Positions 25,726-39,249 of a stretch of DNA of 53,159 nucleotides are shown one piece after another. The notes beneath the pieces are model-generated. The model was not told where the DNA came from and did not search any database. It saw only the letters and a list, made by a program, of their open reading frames with translations. This DNA comes from Phoronis australis (Eukaryota; Animalia; Phoronida): positions 163,710 to 216,868 of the forward strand of contig NMRA01000223.1 in NCBI GenBank assembly GCA_002633005.1, given 5' to 3'. How positions within the stretch are numbered: the first letter of the stretch is position 1; every line of letters starts with the position of its first letter. Both the position numbers and the translations under genes were made by a program.

Positions 25726-28700
25726 TATGATCATATGAGTGCCAGACTAAACGCAGAAATACACTTAGGACAGAGGCAGCAGGGTTATAGCTTAGATGGT
25801 TACAGCATAAATTTGGCGATGCAACATTGCCTATTGCCTGTGACGCTGAAAGCTCAAAGAAATGAGTGGTATTACTCCACAGACGGAAATGAATTTTTAT
25901 CAGTAATGTTTACCGTTAAATGCGTCAAGTTTCATGTCTACATGGCGAAGTTCGTACATCGTGCAAACTCACGGAAAGTGGTTTTTAGAAAATTGGCCGT
26001 CAAAAACATCATTCAAGGTGATACAAGCTCACGGGATGTGTATGTAATGTTATCCAAAATTGTTAATGCCATCTCAATTGCAAGTAAAAACCGCCGAGTC
26101 ATCTCTGTATATTCTTTAACAGATACTGACCAAACTGCAGCCTTTGGAGGAGTTTCTCACGGAGATCATCTTTGGCCCAGCACACTGCCTGTCTACATCC
26201 TTGCAGGCATTGTAATGTATGGGAAGCTGTCGTATGAGTAAGTTAATTTCCATCTTGGCATGTGAATTCTGGGTTCACCAATATCGAATTCTATTCTAAG
26301 ACGGGGCTCTTTTATCCCGAGTCTACACCCAGACAAATCTTGCTAAGAATTGGGTTAGCGTTATTGATTGTGTTGCAAAAACCATTCTGTGGGAAGAAGC
26401 ACTTGTGTCACGTGGAGACAGTGCTGTTTGCAATGCATCTGGTTGACGTTTCTATATTAAAACACTCCCTTGAGAATAGTGGAGCTAAGCAATGACCGAC
26501 TGTCAACCGACAGTTTAAAGTACAACTGTGGCATGCTAATTGACAATTTTGCTTGAGAAATCATGCCCATGGTGGCATGGAAATGGAATATCATTTTCTT
26601 GAGTACTCATTTGCCTCTCAATTTCTATTTAAATAATGCATAGTGGATTTCGTATGTACTCCTTGTGCAATTCGGACAGATAGGATCATCTGTGTTAACT
26701 GATGGTTATTATAGACGCCTGAAACTCCATGTATGGACTAAATTGTAAATTTGAAAGAAAAAGGTTCTCTGATACTGAAACAGAAGTCAGTCTGCGATTT
26801 GTTCGTAAGGATCTTAAATTTCTGTTGATATCAAATCATTCTTGTTTACTTTTTCGAATTTCAGTCAGTGATATGCTCCCCACTTTGTTGATTATCTCTC
26901 GCAAGGTTAATCACGTGTCCTTATTTGATATGGCAATACATGGACGTAAGGTACTTCAGTCATATATGTATGGACAGTGTGAGCTTCAAGCTCAGGCAAT
27001 TTCAAGCACCTGAGAGCTTGGGCGTGTTTATCATACGTGGGATTAAGGGATTGGAAACTCTGTAGTAACCTCATAGTTTTTACTTCGCGCATATCTCAAA
27101 AATAATGAATGAGCTATTTTTTATGTATATTTCATCGCAGATGAAAGTGAATTGCTCTGTACTACGTGTAGACAATGTGTGCTTTCGTCAAGAATTGTAT
27201 AAAGTAGCTTTCGCGTTACATGCCTCTTTAAAACGCATTGCTTGGAATAAGTTGCTCATAATGCACACATGCAAGAATGGAGACAACGCCTATATCACTC
27301 ATGATCCATTGAGTTTTCACACATTAAAATGGTCAGTTCCTCGACAAGACTGATGGCTGTTTCATTCAGGTTCATTTCATAATACTGCGATCAAATGGAA
27401 ATCGCTTGTTATTTGACATTCTCTAAACGTGTTTTTGTTCCGCCTAGTTAAGCAGACTACCGACATCAGTGCTTTGACTTAGAGTTGTTGAGAGATTTTT
27501 AAATTTCTCACAAGCTCCAAGTCAAGAGTATTTAAAATTCTCTCATCCGTAGTCTATGTTGCCGAAGCAGGCTATGTCAATCGAGCCAAAATTTACTCAA
27601 GCCAGATTAATCTGAAGTTTGGGCGATTGCAGCTCTGCTAACTTGTGATTTAAGATTAATACCGAATCGGTAACCATGTTCTTATATGTTATGTGTTTCA
27701 GGTGAAATGTGGAACTGGATCACGCACGAAAAAACGATTAACGGAATGAAGTGGACTTTTCTTATCAACCATAGCCAAATAAAGTCAATGACATGCATTT
27801 CGATAGAGACTTGTTGTTTGGATCAGAACTTACCTGGTTGCATCTTGGTGCAAAACCCTAAAATAGAATTTTTAGTCTTCATAAAATTGTCCTTTTGAGA
27901 GACCTTAAGGTAGGTCTAATAGGATTCGACTTCCGCAACCATCCATTTAGCAACTACTAGACACCTTTTCTTGAGTCGTTGATGGCTTCTGTTATTTTGT
28001 TGTTTCCGGTGGGGAATGTTTTACGTTGATTTCATGATATTGAATTACCTAATGCAATTTTATTAATTCAACTAAGCAAAGTAAGAATGCATCTTAATCG
28101 ACAAGCAGTCTTCTTAAAGTACCTGCCTCTTTAGGTTTCATGTTTTTGATGACCCAATACATCAAGGTTATCTCTAACAATGGGCATGATAAACACGCTA
28201 ATACTTTTACAAAGGTCCACTATTTTTCAAAATCTATTATGAACTAATCATGTACGGGAGTTGATGATGTTTCACCGACATTTGGTGGATTTATTCGAAA
28301 AACGTCTATCCATCAGACTCCAAAGAGCGCAAAGTATTTTCTTTTTTCACCAATCCACAAAGGGTACAGAAATACACTTCGGGTGAAATTGACGTGGGAT
28401 GGATGAACAAGGTACATGTAAATTTAAGGCCATTTCCTTGCACACAGGGTAACATATTTAAGCATAGGTTACCAATTTTCAACCACGGATTGTAAAGGCG
28501 ACCCTAAACGTACACAAAATTCCTGAACATGTTCCTTCAAAAAGTCAGTAGCAGTATTACCTTGAGAAGTACACCCGTAACTGCATCTTTTAAAAGTGTA
28601 CATGCACACTTCAGCGCATAGACCTAACAAGCCTGATTTCGCCAAAGTTGACCCCAAGCAAGTGAAAATCGTGCTTTTGCCTCATTTACGTGTTCGGAAA

Positions 28701-29479
28701 AGAATGGGAATATAACCGAAATTCCCGAGACGATAGATTTTGTCTGACACCAAACGATGATTGGAGATGCCACTTATGCATAAAGCATCTGTTGCAATTG
28801 TTCTTACATTGTAGGTTGGGCCCTCTGGAGCCCTAGTACGACTACACTACCTTTCCGACCTGATTGCATGTAAAGCGTAATTTACTGGGCTGCACCTGTA
28901 TTTGGTTAGAACTATTTTCGGAAAGTTTGATGATCGAACTGACAGACGACGTATAGTCGAATCTGGCCTACCTTTTGACCTTTCTGTGTTACGGGGCCCT
29001 CTTGAAGTAGTACGATAGCAGAATGCGGTAAACAACATCACATGGTTTTTTTGAGTTAAGTATATTATTTACGTTTAGTTTCTTTAAAAAAACTTCGTAA
29101 AACGGATCTTTACGCAAGCACATTTATTGGATACCGAAGCCCAAATAATACTCTTTAGACATAACACGGGGGTGAGTTTTCAGATGCAATCTCAAGACAC
29201 GCTAATGGCGGCTCAAAGACGACACGTTAGCGGTTAGGCAAAGACCCACTCTCGGTGGTCGGCTGGAATGCGCAAGGTCTTGCTATAAAAATCGTAAAGA
29301 AGACGTTCAAGCATTTCTATGTGAACACGATATTATACGTGTTTCCAAAGCGTTGGCAAAAACAACGTCACAGTTCAGTTTGTTTGGTTGCGCGTCGTTT
29401 AATGTTTGTAATAAGAGAGCCAACAGATATTGCAGGTACTCTGATGGAGTCAGTGTCTGTATAAAGCACTCAATGTCAG

Positions 29480-32110
29480 TTTAATTCAAGCGTATGGATA
29501 TTCAGTTCTTCATTTGGTATTGTCTTTGAATGCAACACAGTTTAGTAAATGTCGAGAAAGTCATGATAATGTGCTTTGTCTATTTACCCCCCGAGGGAAC
29601 TGTCTCTTGTCAAAATACGTCAGAAAGAAACGGTGTTGTGAATGATGAACTATCGAAATTTGCTATCAAGATTGCTATCCACTGATCATGGCTGACCTAA
29701 ACGCCCGCTCCGGTTCTCTTGGTGACATTACATTGGACGACAGTTCAAAATATTTACCCGTTCACGACTGGTAAAAGTCAGATGCAATTTCTCTTGCAAG
29801 GAACTCCGAAGATGACACAGTAAATAACTTTGGTATCGCCTCCATTGACATGTGTTGAGAACTTAATGTACACATGTCGGTTTCCAGATGATGCGTGTGG
29901 TAATTTTACATGTTTTGCTTCAAGATTTTGTAGTTTAGTTGGATAATTATTTATATTTACTGATTCGTTCGAAATTGATAACGGTTTTAAACTAGCGGCC
30001 TGGGACGAGTCAGATCACTTGCCTATCATATGTAGCTTTAAGTGTGAAGAACCAATGATTACGTCATGTGATGAGACACATGTATTACGCCCGCATAATA
30101 GTATTAAGTGGGATAGTGCCAAAACAGTCGAGAATTGGCAGACGTTTTCAGTCGAATTCAAAGACTGCGCAATGGCAATAGAAGAGTATTTAACACAAAA
30201 TGACGTAGACAAGGCCGTTCAGTGTATCTCAGATCTATATTTTCTTTCAGACCATATTGACATTTTCAAAGCCATAGAACGAGTCTTTCGCTGCAAAAAA
30301 GTAAATGCAAGAAAGCACGATAACCAATGTGGTGGGATAGATAATTATACTGCTAAACGTGTTCTTTAAGTCGATTCCGGTGTTACATACCCCATTCAAA
30401 CATGGATAATTATAAATTAAAAAGAAAACAATTCCGTGAATTATATAGGCAAAAAGAGAAAAATTACGAACCTCAGTTTCTGGAAAGTATTTCCTAGAAT
30501 ATTAACATTCTAAAAGAGTTTTGGAAATGATCAAATTTAGTACGCAAACTCCAACGTGTGCAGCCACGTCTCTTACCCCACAAAATAGCATGATTATTTT
30601 AAGAGTCTGTTAAACAAAGAAGTGCCTTTAAGCGATTCATTCATGAATACTGTCGTTGATAGGCTGACTAGTCATGATAACTGCTGTGAAAAGTATACCC
30701 ACGACATACAACATGATTTAACTGCAGACATTTCGTGTCATGAATTTATCCAGAACATTGATCAGCTCCCATATGGCATGACCGCTGGTATTGATGGAGT
30801 TTCTTGTGAAATGTTAAGGTGAACCAAAACATTAATTTCGGCGATTCTGCATAAGTTGTCCAATTGAATTTTCTAGTCGGGTTCTTTCCCGAGGCTTGGT
30901 ATAATACGATGTTAATTCCGTTTTTAAACAAGGTAACGTGGACGATGAGAGTTATTACAGAGGTATTTCGTTTCTGTGGACTATTGGGAAGCTCTTTACC
31001 AGAATATTGAATAACCGATTGTATAACTGGGCCGAAAGTAATGGCCAAACTGTTCAAGATTAAGCAAGGGTTACGCGACTGTGGATCATAAAGTTTTTTC
31101 GTATGCGACATGTCAGAAACACATAAGAGAAAAGGGTGGCAGCTTCTATTGTGCATTTATTGATGTTCAAAAGATTTTGATCGAGTACTTACATATTTTA
31201 CTGTTTCATAGACTTATGCAAATTCGTGTTCATTGTATTATGTCATCAATTCTGCGATCAATGTATTGCCAGGTAAGATCATGTGTTAAAACAGACTTGT
31301 TTAACTGCACTATTGATACTCGTCAAGGCTGTATGATAAGCCCTCTGCTATTTGTTTTGTATCTCGCGATATTCCCCCATCACTTGCCTTTCAGTTATTC
31401 GATGAACTGGTGTATCCAACATTGTGTTATTGTGCCAAGATTTGGGGTTTAAAGAACACGAGTGTTTAGAAAAAAAAATCATTTGAAATTTAGTAAAGGG
31501 ACCCTGGGACTAGACAGTTTTATATAACGCTGCAGTATTGGTTGAATGTGGCAGATACCCTATGTTTACGGCATACATGTACTTTGTTAGCTGTATTAAA
31601 TACAGGTTTTATTTTTTTGAATATGCCTCAGGAACGTCATACAAGGGCCGCTTACAACATGTGTTACAGACCACATGTAGATGAAAATGGTAGATAAATC
31701 AATAATTCGGCAAGCTCTGTCCACAATTTATTTTCAATGTTTGGTTTCTAATACATGTATGTTTGAGTAAACCAATGAGTGACATGTCAAGAGTCGTTTG
31801 TAAATACTTTACCACAATGTGTTAAGACTGTTCTTTGCAAAGGTGACAGCCCGGTGTTAATTCCAATTCTGAGTTAAACTATTACAAAAAAATGAGCATG
31901 AAAACTATTTAGAAATTGATAATCTTCCTAGAGTGTTCCTGTAAAGTTTTACACGTTTTCGATGCGAAAAACCACTGACTGGCAGTAGAAACTGGTCGTC
32001 ACGTAAATGTGATATATCAAGACAGAGTGTGTACATTATGCTCGAGGAATTGTGTCGAGGATGAATATTACTTTTTGTTAGTTTGCGACGCTTTTTCCGA
32101 GCTGTCTGTC
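29480..32110 (+). mobile_element. Decayed APE-type LINE ORF2 (RTE-X-like)
   Basis: Motifs in order across frameshifts: ADLNARSG (APE), AGIDGVS.EML, YRGIS, FYCAFID, RQGCMISPLLF.LY, LAVETGRH...RVCTLC...VEDEYYFLLVC. Confidence 0.85.
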
Positions 32111-33739
32111 TGGTTTTGGTTTCGTACTTCGTTAAGGCGTCTTAAAGATATGACATATGCGAGCAAAATATTCATATCCCCAGTAACAAAAAATCATACT
32201 CGAATGATGTATCGGGAGGTACAAATCAAAGCATCACGCAATTCAATAATGTTTACACAACTGCAAAAGTATCATTACTAACTGTACAGGCGAATCACAC
32301 ATTGTGATTAGATTTTATAATACACGGTCAGATGCTTGACGTTCATGGTAACTCCTTGATATGGCGGCTTATTTCAGTTCAGTGACTGGTATCAGCAGTA
32401 GAAAACTGTGAGCGTGTGATAACATCTAGCTTCTTTGTTAACTGCCAATGGCAGTTTTTTGTCTAGAATGTCAACAGGCAGGCCAATTATCTAACAGGCC
32501 ACGTGTGAATACATGCACATGTACAGTCGAACCCAGAGCGAATTGGTACATTCGGAAAGAATATATTGTCGTAACTACAGTTGTTATTGGGTGATTTTGG
32601 CAATTCAAAAACAAAACATGATCACCATTTCGCGATGATTGCAGAAATGCTATTGGTTTATGTTTAAACATGGTGTAAATTAACTTTTAGTTTGAGCATC
32701 ACAGTCCAGTCAGGCTAGATAGGATATTACCGGAGAAATTATCGAACAAAATAGAGAGCTGGCCCTCAAACCTTTCGTACCAGAATGGAGCTAATCAGTC
32801 GTGTAAGATATTGGCTACATGTGTGTTCTTCCCAACTTGTTTTTTAATGTTTATCACGAAATCTTCAGAATACAATGAATATACATAACCCAGAAAGCGC
32901 CAAGAGGCAATAGATCTGGGTAAAAAATACAAAGAGGTCTATACACAATGATTATAAACGAATTTATAAATAAAAAAACTGATGTTAAGAATACAATGAT
33001 ATATGAAAACGAATGAAAATAATTCATTTTCATACAGATGTATAAAATTTTATCCACTTCACACAAAGAGATTTAATGTTATAAAGAAATTCTGATACTA
33101 TTTCAAATAAAACCTTATTTTCGTTTGAGTTAAGTTCTTGACATCCATATGAAAGAAATTAATTTTGTTGAACAATTGCGGAATTTCAGAATATTTTTTA
33201 TAAACATTGGGGTATTGTTCGAGTACCTGGAAGAGCTGTACCCTCTCCTCCTTGCATACCTCACAAGCAAAGAAAACATGAGGATATGTCTGGGTATCTC
33301 CACAGGAACACAGAGGCGAAATATTTTTAAAATTATGTCTAAATTTCTCGTTCCTTAGGAATAGACCACATCTTGATCTGTGTTGATCTGGGTTATTTCA
33401 TGGTTGCGGGGAAGTTGGAATGATGTCAACTTGTTGTTGGGCTATAGAATTGAACAAGTTGGGAGCAACGGGAATACGCCGTTATGATCACATGCGCGGG
33501 GATACGGTGGTGCTAAATTACTTATTATCGCACTCAACCATCAACAAAAAATAACACGTAAAATAAAACAAATCGTCTCCTTGCTGAATAATCTCGTAAA
33601 ATGTGCTTACGTTTTCAGAAACAATGTTCTCCATTGAATAACGGTCAAAACTGGTTCTGAAATGTAGGCAGGTTCTAAGGGAATACATATGCATGTGCCT
33701 CTTTGATCGAAGATTACCAGCTACAAGTTTCAGCCCATA

Positions 33740-33850
33740 TCTTCGAAGACCTACTACTCGGAAAAAAAAACACTTCTCCGAAACCAGACTCCGAAAAAGT
33801 ACTTCTCCGTAAAAACTACACTTCTCCGAAGAAACAACATTTCTCCTAAT
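33740..33850. repeat. Cluster of ACTTCTCCG(A/T)A-like motifs, probably a MITE subterminal array
   Basis: About six related ...CTCCGAA units in ~110 bp. Confidence 0.5.
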
Positions 33851-36800
33851 GTGAACGCATTCATTTGTTTCATTAAAAAACACTAATGGCATACATTATA
33901 TTTAGGTCAACCACATTTTAGGACCTTCATTGTAAAAAAGTTATTTTTTGCGTGGGCATTTTTATTCTAAGTAACAGAATAAGTTAACTGTTCGTGAAAG
34001 AGGGAAAAAGCCCTAAAGGTCTACCCGAGTAAATAATAATGTGTTTTTCGGGGTAGGGATTTGTTACCCTTCTCACGATCGGATGACCGTTCAGTGAAGT
34101 GTCTGTGTATACCGAATTTCATATAGATGAACACATTCAGGGTGAATAGAAGCAGTTGCCTATACTTAGGCCTATATGTAATTACAACTATCTCTTGGTC
34201 GATGATTTCAGACTCAAGCGTTTTTTTCTACTGCAGAATCCAGGCTATTGCAATTGCGTACCATCATAGACTATAGTACATGGACCGCCAACTCCGTATA
34301 CTTTCAAGGACGAAATCTGCGAGCTTACGCACAAGCCCTTACGTCATTATTAACTGGCGACACCTGGCTATATTTTCTGGTGCAATTTCCGGCAAGTACG
34401 TCGTCTGCTATTAATCCTGTCTTCACAAATCCATTTTTGTTTTCCCTGTATTGATGAAAACTATCTGGTAAACTTTTTGACGAAAATTATCAGCCAAATT
34501 TCTTCCAATGGTAGTGACTCGTAAACTCTTGTCCTTACGAGGAATTTCAGCCATACCCTAGTGAGTGAATTAACCAAATTACTCTTCGCTCTTCGTTGGT
34601 GTCAGCAGAATGCGCACATTTGGCCAGGATTTGGATCAGCGATTTCAACAAATTCACATTCGTGTACAAATAAATAGGACGCCTTTAACACCAATAAATA
34701 TTACATTAATACTTCATAAATAACCACCCGGACCAGTCAAAATCTATCTCGCAATTCAACAGCAGGCTACACACTCATTTCATCTCGAATATACATGTAT
34801 GCCGCACAAAATCTCTCGACTGCAGTCTATGAAAATGCAATCAACTTCTGTGAAAATATGGAACAGGAACACCAGAGGTTTGTTAAAGTTTTTTTATTCT
34901 TCAATCGAAAATTGTTGTGTTTACATCACAGCTTCAAAAGACTTTGTCGGATTTTAATGCAAGCTAATGACATTATACGCAGGTTCAAAGACTTTTAATC
35001 TGTCCAAAATTGTTGCCGCTCGCAATCTCAAACTTAAACAAAGTGTGCTTCCCAGGAACTGAAACTTCTAAGCGATGATTTAAAATTGGAAAATTGCGGT
35101 AGTCAAAATTAAGTTTTAACAGAATTGGACATACGTCAAAATACTGATGCAATTTGAGATCCTGGCTTTAGTTTCATGTCGTGAACACATCCACTAAAAC
35201 AAGAAACTGTAGGAACACCGCATTTATCCACCTTCACTCTTATCAGGCTTCTATTGTGAGTCAGCATGCGTGAATAATTGGCTGATAAGCCACCTCTGGA
35301 ACTACTTTTGGCTGAATGGATGACCAGGCCATAAAATGATAATATTAGCCAAGACCAGTTACTAATGCAACAAAGAATAGTGTCGTAGTATCATCTAGCC
35401 TTGGTGGAAAGCTGTATACTGTATTGGCTCTAATAAACGCTTAGAAAAAATCATTTCACGGGGAGGGGATTCTTATTGTAGCCTACGGCAGTTGAAAGCC
35501 GGTTTCCCAAACGGGTAAAATCGGAAGCTAGGATTCATAAAATTTACGCTTTGTGACGAATTTTAGCATATGACAGTCTTTCTACAAAATTGTGGTGCAT
35601 TGCTATGAACTTCCGTTGTTAAATTACGATAATCTTTCAAAAAATTGTGCTCATCACAGGGCGAAAACTTGCCGACTGATGCGTCGCCGCTGAATCGCCA
35701 TCGTCAATAGGAAAACTTGTACTCTTGAATAAAAATATAGTTTCGACTCAACAAATTACCTGAAATCTTCCTGATGTTTTACAATTTTTAAAGTTCATGT
35801 GGAGTCCAGATTAATTGCGATTAAGTCCAAATGTGCGCTACATCGTACTCCACAACAAGAGAAAAATCTCTGGATGAACACACATGTTGTTGTCACGTGA
35901 CGTTTGTTTTGAAGGTCGTCTGTGTATGAGAGTGAGTGAGCGTGCGTGTGCGGGTCATCGACGATAGACTTTTTTGTTACAAAAGGCGGAGGATTATGCA
36001 AGAAAATGGCGTTTACTAGATTGTTTTTCACTTAAACGGCTGTAACGTGCAAGGTGAGTGCTGGTTAACTCACAGATTTTGTGTGCACAGGCCGACTGTC
36101 GTTAGCTCTGCCGTGGAGTATTAATAGTCCAAGGCTCGATCTACATGTTGGGGACGAAATGAACTACCCGGGCTGTGTGAAATTTCTGGGTCTAACGGAG
36201 ACACTGACGCAGTGGTCAGTCAGATCGCTGTATCAAGACTATAGTCAAAATCCAAATTCGTTTTATCGTGTCCCTGTCAATAATAACGGCATGTTAAAGC
36301 CTTCTTAATTTTCGTACTTCAGGAACATAACAATCACGTGTTTTGTACACATACGCGCACGCCGCAGATCACATCTCGGAAATTGCCGATTTGACGGATG
36401 ACAATGAATGAACACAATGAAATTAACAACGTCGTTTTACAGCTTGTAAGATTCATAATAAAAGTATTTTGAATATTGCAATGCATGTGTTCCAAAATCT
36501 AAATAACTTGGGTCCTATATTTTTGTATTAGTGCGCGCCGAATGAAAGTAATCGTGAGTGTTGCTGTGTTGCAAAATCTCTTATCCTGGGCCGATTTGAA
36601 AAATTCAAAGTTGTACTCATATTTGTTTTCGCTCCTCTTTTCAAATATTACAGTAAAAACTACGTAAAACTCTCTCCATAAAAAGTACAGTCTGCTAGCT
36701 AGATTGTAATCAGCTGATCATATCCGCATGAGCGAAGCCAATTATCCTCGCTCGTGACTCGATGACTAGAGCAGCCTGGCGGCATCCCTTTGATCGTGAG

Positions 36801-37170
36801 CCGAGTGCGACTCAGCCAAGGTGGATAAATACGGTCTAGTTCAATTTTCCATACCCCGCCGTGTACCTTAAACACCGGGGTTAGAACCAATTTTATTTAG
36901 TGGGAATGTTCATAGCATGTTGAAAGTAGTCCCCTGCTTGGAACAATGGTCATCAGTATCTATGCATTGCAGGCGTCACTGGCTGAAGCACCGTGGAGTT
37001 TCAATTATATTGACTCAGTTGATACGTACTTAATGAGCCCCTATAAGACTTCTCAGACCAGGCCCGAAATGCGGTGGTATTTTCAAGTTTTTATTTTTTG
37101 TTGTCATCTAATAATGTATCAATAAATGAAGAACTCATTCCTATACATGTACATATAAAATGTTAAATGA

Positions 37171-38230
37171 CCCCAGTCAACATTACAGTACTAGACCAGT
37201 ACTGCCCCCTTACCGTCCACGATACTGTCCCAGTACCGCAGGCCAGTACTGGCGCAATAACGCCACGCAAACTGGCAAACGTACTGACCCTGTACCGTAA
37301 GCACTACCGGCGCAGTACCGGGCCAAAACCGGGGTTGTAAGGGGCTGTAACAACTTTGTGCGGTATTGGCCATTAATAAGCCATTACCATGTATAGAACC
37401 AGGCCGGCATTGGCCGTGTACTGGGCTGGCTTACTCCCAATAGTGGCCCAGTACATTATTAATGATGGCTTTGTACCACGCGTAGTCATGGGTCAGTACT
37501 AGGCCAATACTACAGCGGTAACGGGCCGGCTTTAACAGCTTTATACAATACTGGGCCATTAATAAGCCAATCTCGCATGCAATGCTAAGCCACCATTTGT
37601 CTAATAGTGGGTCAGCTTACTCCAAGTAGTGGCCAAATAAATGTCACGGAATGGTTCTATACGTGCAGTGTGGGCCAGTACTGGCATAGCAGTGCTGATC
37701 AGCCAGTGCTATTCTGCCAAACAGTTCTGTAGCAAATGCTGGTTCTTAGTCATAATCTATTTGCAGTATTTACATGTAAAATTGTGCTGTTACATCATAT
37801 AGTGTGTTATAGTCTCCTTCATGTTGCTATTCGGTTTTAAAATCTCTTTCCTTTTTGCACAATGTTTGGAGTGGGTAATGAAAACGTTCGGGCAATGAAC
37901 AATGAAAAATGTCTTGATTGCATATTTTTATTGCCATATCAACAACAATATATCTGCTATGGTTCTTAATGCCATTAATACTAATCTAAATCTGCTGGCA
38001 CTTCAACCAGCTCTTCCCTTGGTTGTTGTTGCCCTCCTCGCTGTTGCTGCTCTAATCTGTCAGTCAGCTTTCTCCGCCTTCTGCCACCTTTACGGTCAGG
38101 GGCACTCCGTAGCCAAGCTCCCAGACGTGTTTCTGCCTCTACGTTATTTCCGCCTTGGAGATTGAAAATGGTTCCTGAAATAAATGCAGAATCAATAAAA
38201 TTTGCAATAACATCAATCAACACAATTTAA
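37171..38230 (-). mobile_element. Terminal fragment of an EnSpm/CACTA-like DNA transposon
   Basis: CCCAGTCAACA terminus-like start; ~500 bp of CCAGTACTGG-type subterminal motifs with a ~185-bp duplicated unit (GGCCATTAATAAGCCA at ~37369 and ~37554); adjacent DUF4806-like last exon. Confidence 0.55.
37981..38174 (-). CDS. Terminal exon of a DUF4806/BEN-like transposon accessory protein (probably orphaned)
   Basis: Acceptor TTTATTTCAG on minus; TIFNLQGGNNVEAETRLGAWLRSAPDRKGGRRRR...DLD*. The E.E...WL..APDR.GGR..R ending is typical of this family. Confidence 0.6.
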
Positions 38231-39249
38231 ATTGTAATCATAATGAAGATGAGAGCCAATGATTGTAAAAAGCTAATTTGAGTTATCGAACAGCCAAAAA
38301 CATCGCATCAGTGTAGGAGCCAGTTATAATGTACTTTGTCGACTTATTTATGATCTATGGTCGAGTGAATGCTATATCGGATATTGTATTTGATTTCACA
38401 CCAACAGAGGTATGGGCCATCTTATTCGAAACTTTAAGATTGTGATAACTGATGTCTATGTTGTACTTCAGGGTCAATAAAAAATCTAAACCATGGCTCT
38501 GTTTATTGCCAGTAAAAAAAACACCCTTCAAACACAGTCGATCACATTTCAGGGTTTATTTTAGTAAAACAAGCTTAACAACTTTACGACTTATTTTTAA
38601 AAAATAGGTCGTGCATGCAAAGTCGACACAATTCAACTTTTCACGTGGTTCAATTGGAGCACCCCAGCTCACAAAGATAATTTTTACGCGTCAATGATGT
38701 TTGTGCAGCGCTAAAACTACCCTTGCATTTAAAGGAAAACTCCAGGATTTCAGATGTTGGGAATTTAATATGATCTAAACTGACTTGTTAAAAAACTGGA
38801 ATAAATGAATATTTTCCAAATTCTGTCTTTCCTCGAAGAAACCAGATATTATATTACGTGAGGTCACTGCCGTTTTCCACTATTCAAGTCAATGTGTAAT
38901 CCTGTTTCCTACTTAACCATTCACTTAGATCATTTCGTGTTTGAAATTATGCTGAACATTTCCTGAAACGACGTCCCGGCAGCTCCTTATGTTTTTGTCA
39001 CGATTGTTCTCTTTCGAAGAATCTAGAGCCACATGGCAAAAACCAAATTGAAGATAACAAAACAAGCCACAGATTCGTTTGGCATATTATTTGAAAACCT
39101 AAGTGGAATGATTAATGATTGAATTATATGAAAAACTGACAGCTCGTTTAAATTTAAACTCTTGCATTAGGGGGATAAAATTTGATTACGAAAACTTCAG
39201 AAATCTTCCGCAAATCAGCAATGTTTCTAACGTGAATCTTTCTAACCTG

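Noticed and set aside
25735-28700. Several 60-170 aa ORFs and a possible acceptor near 27701
   Set aside because: No identifiable domain or consistent exon structure; probably old decayed repeat.
36780-36890. tRNA gene or SINE on minus (GGTTCTAACCCC)
   Set aside because: Only a B-box-like sequence; no A box or cloverleaf.
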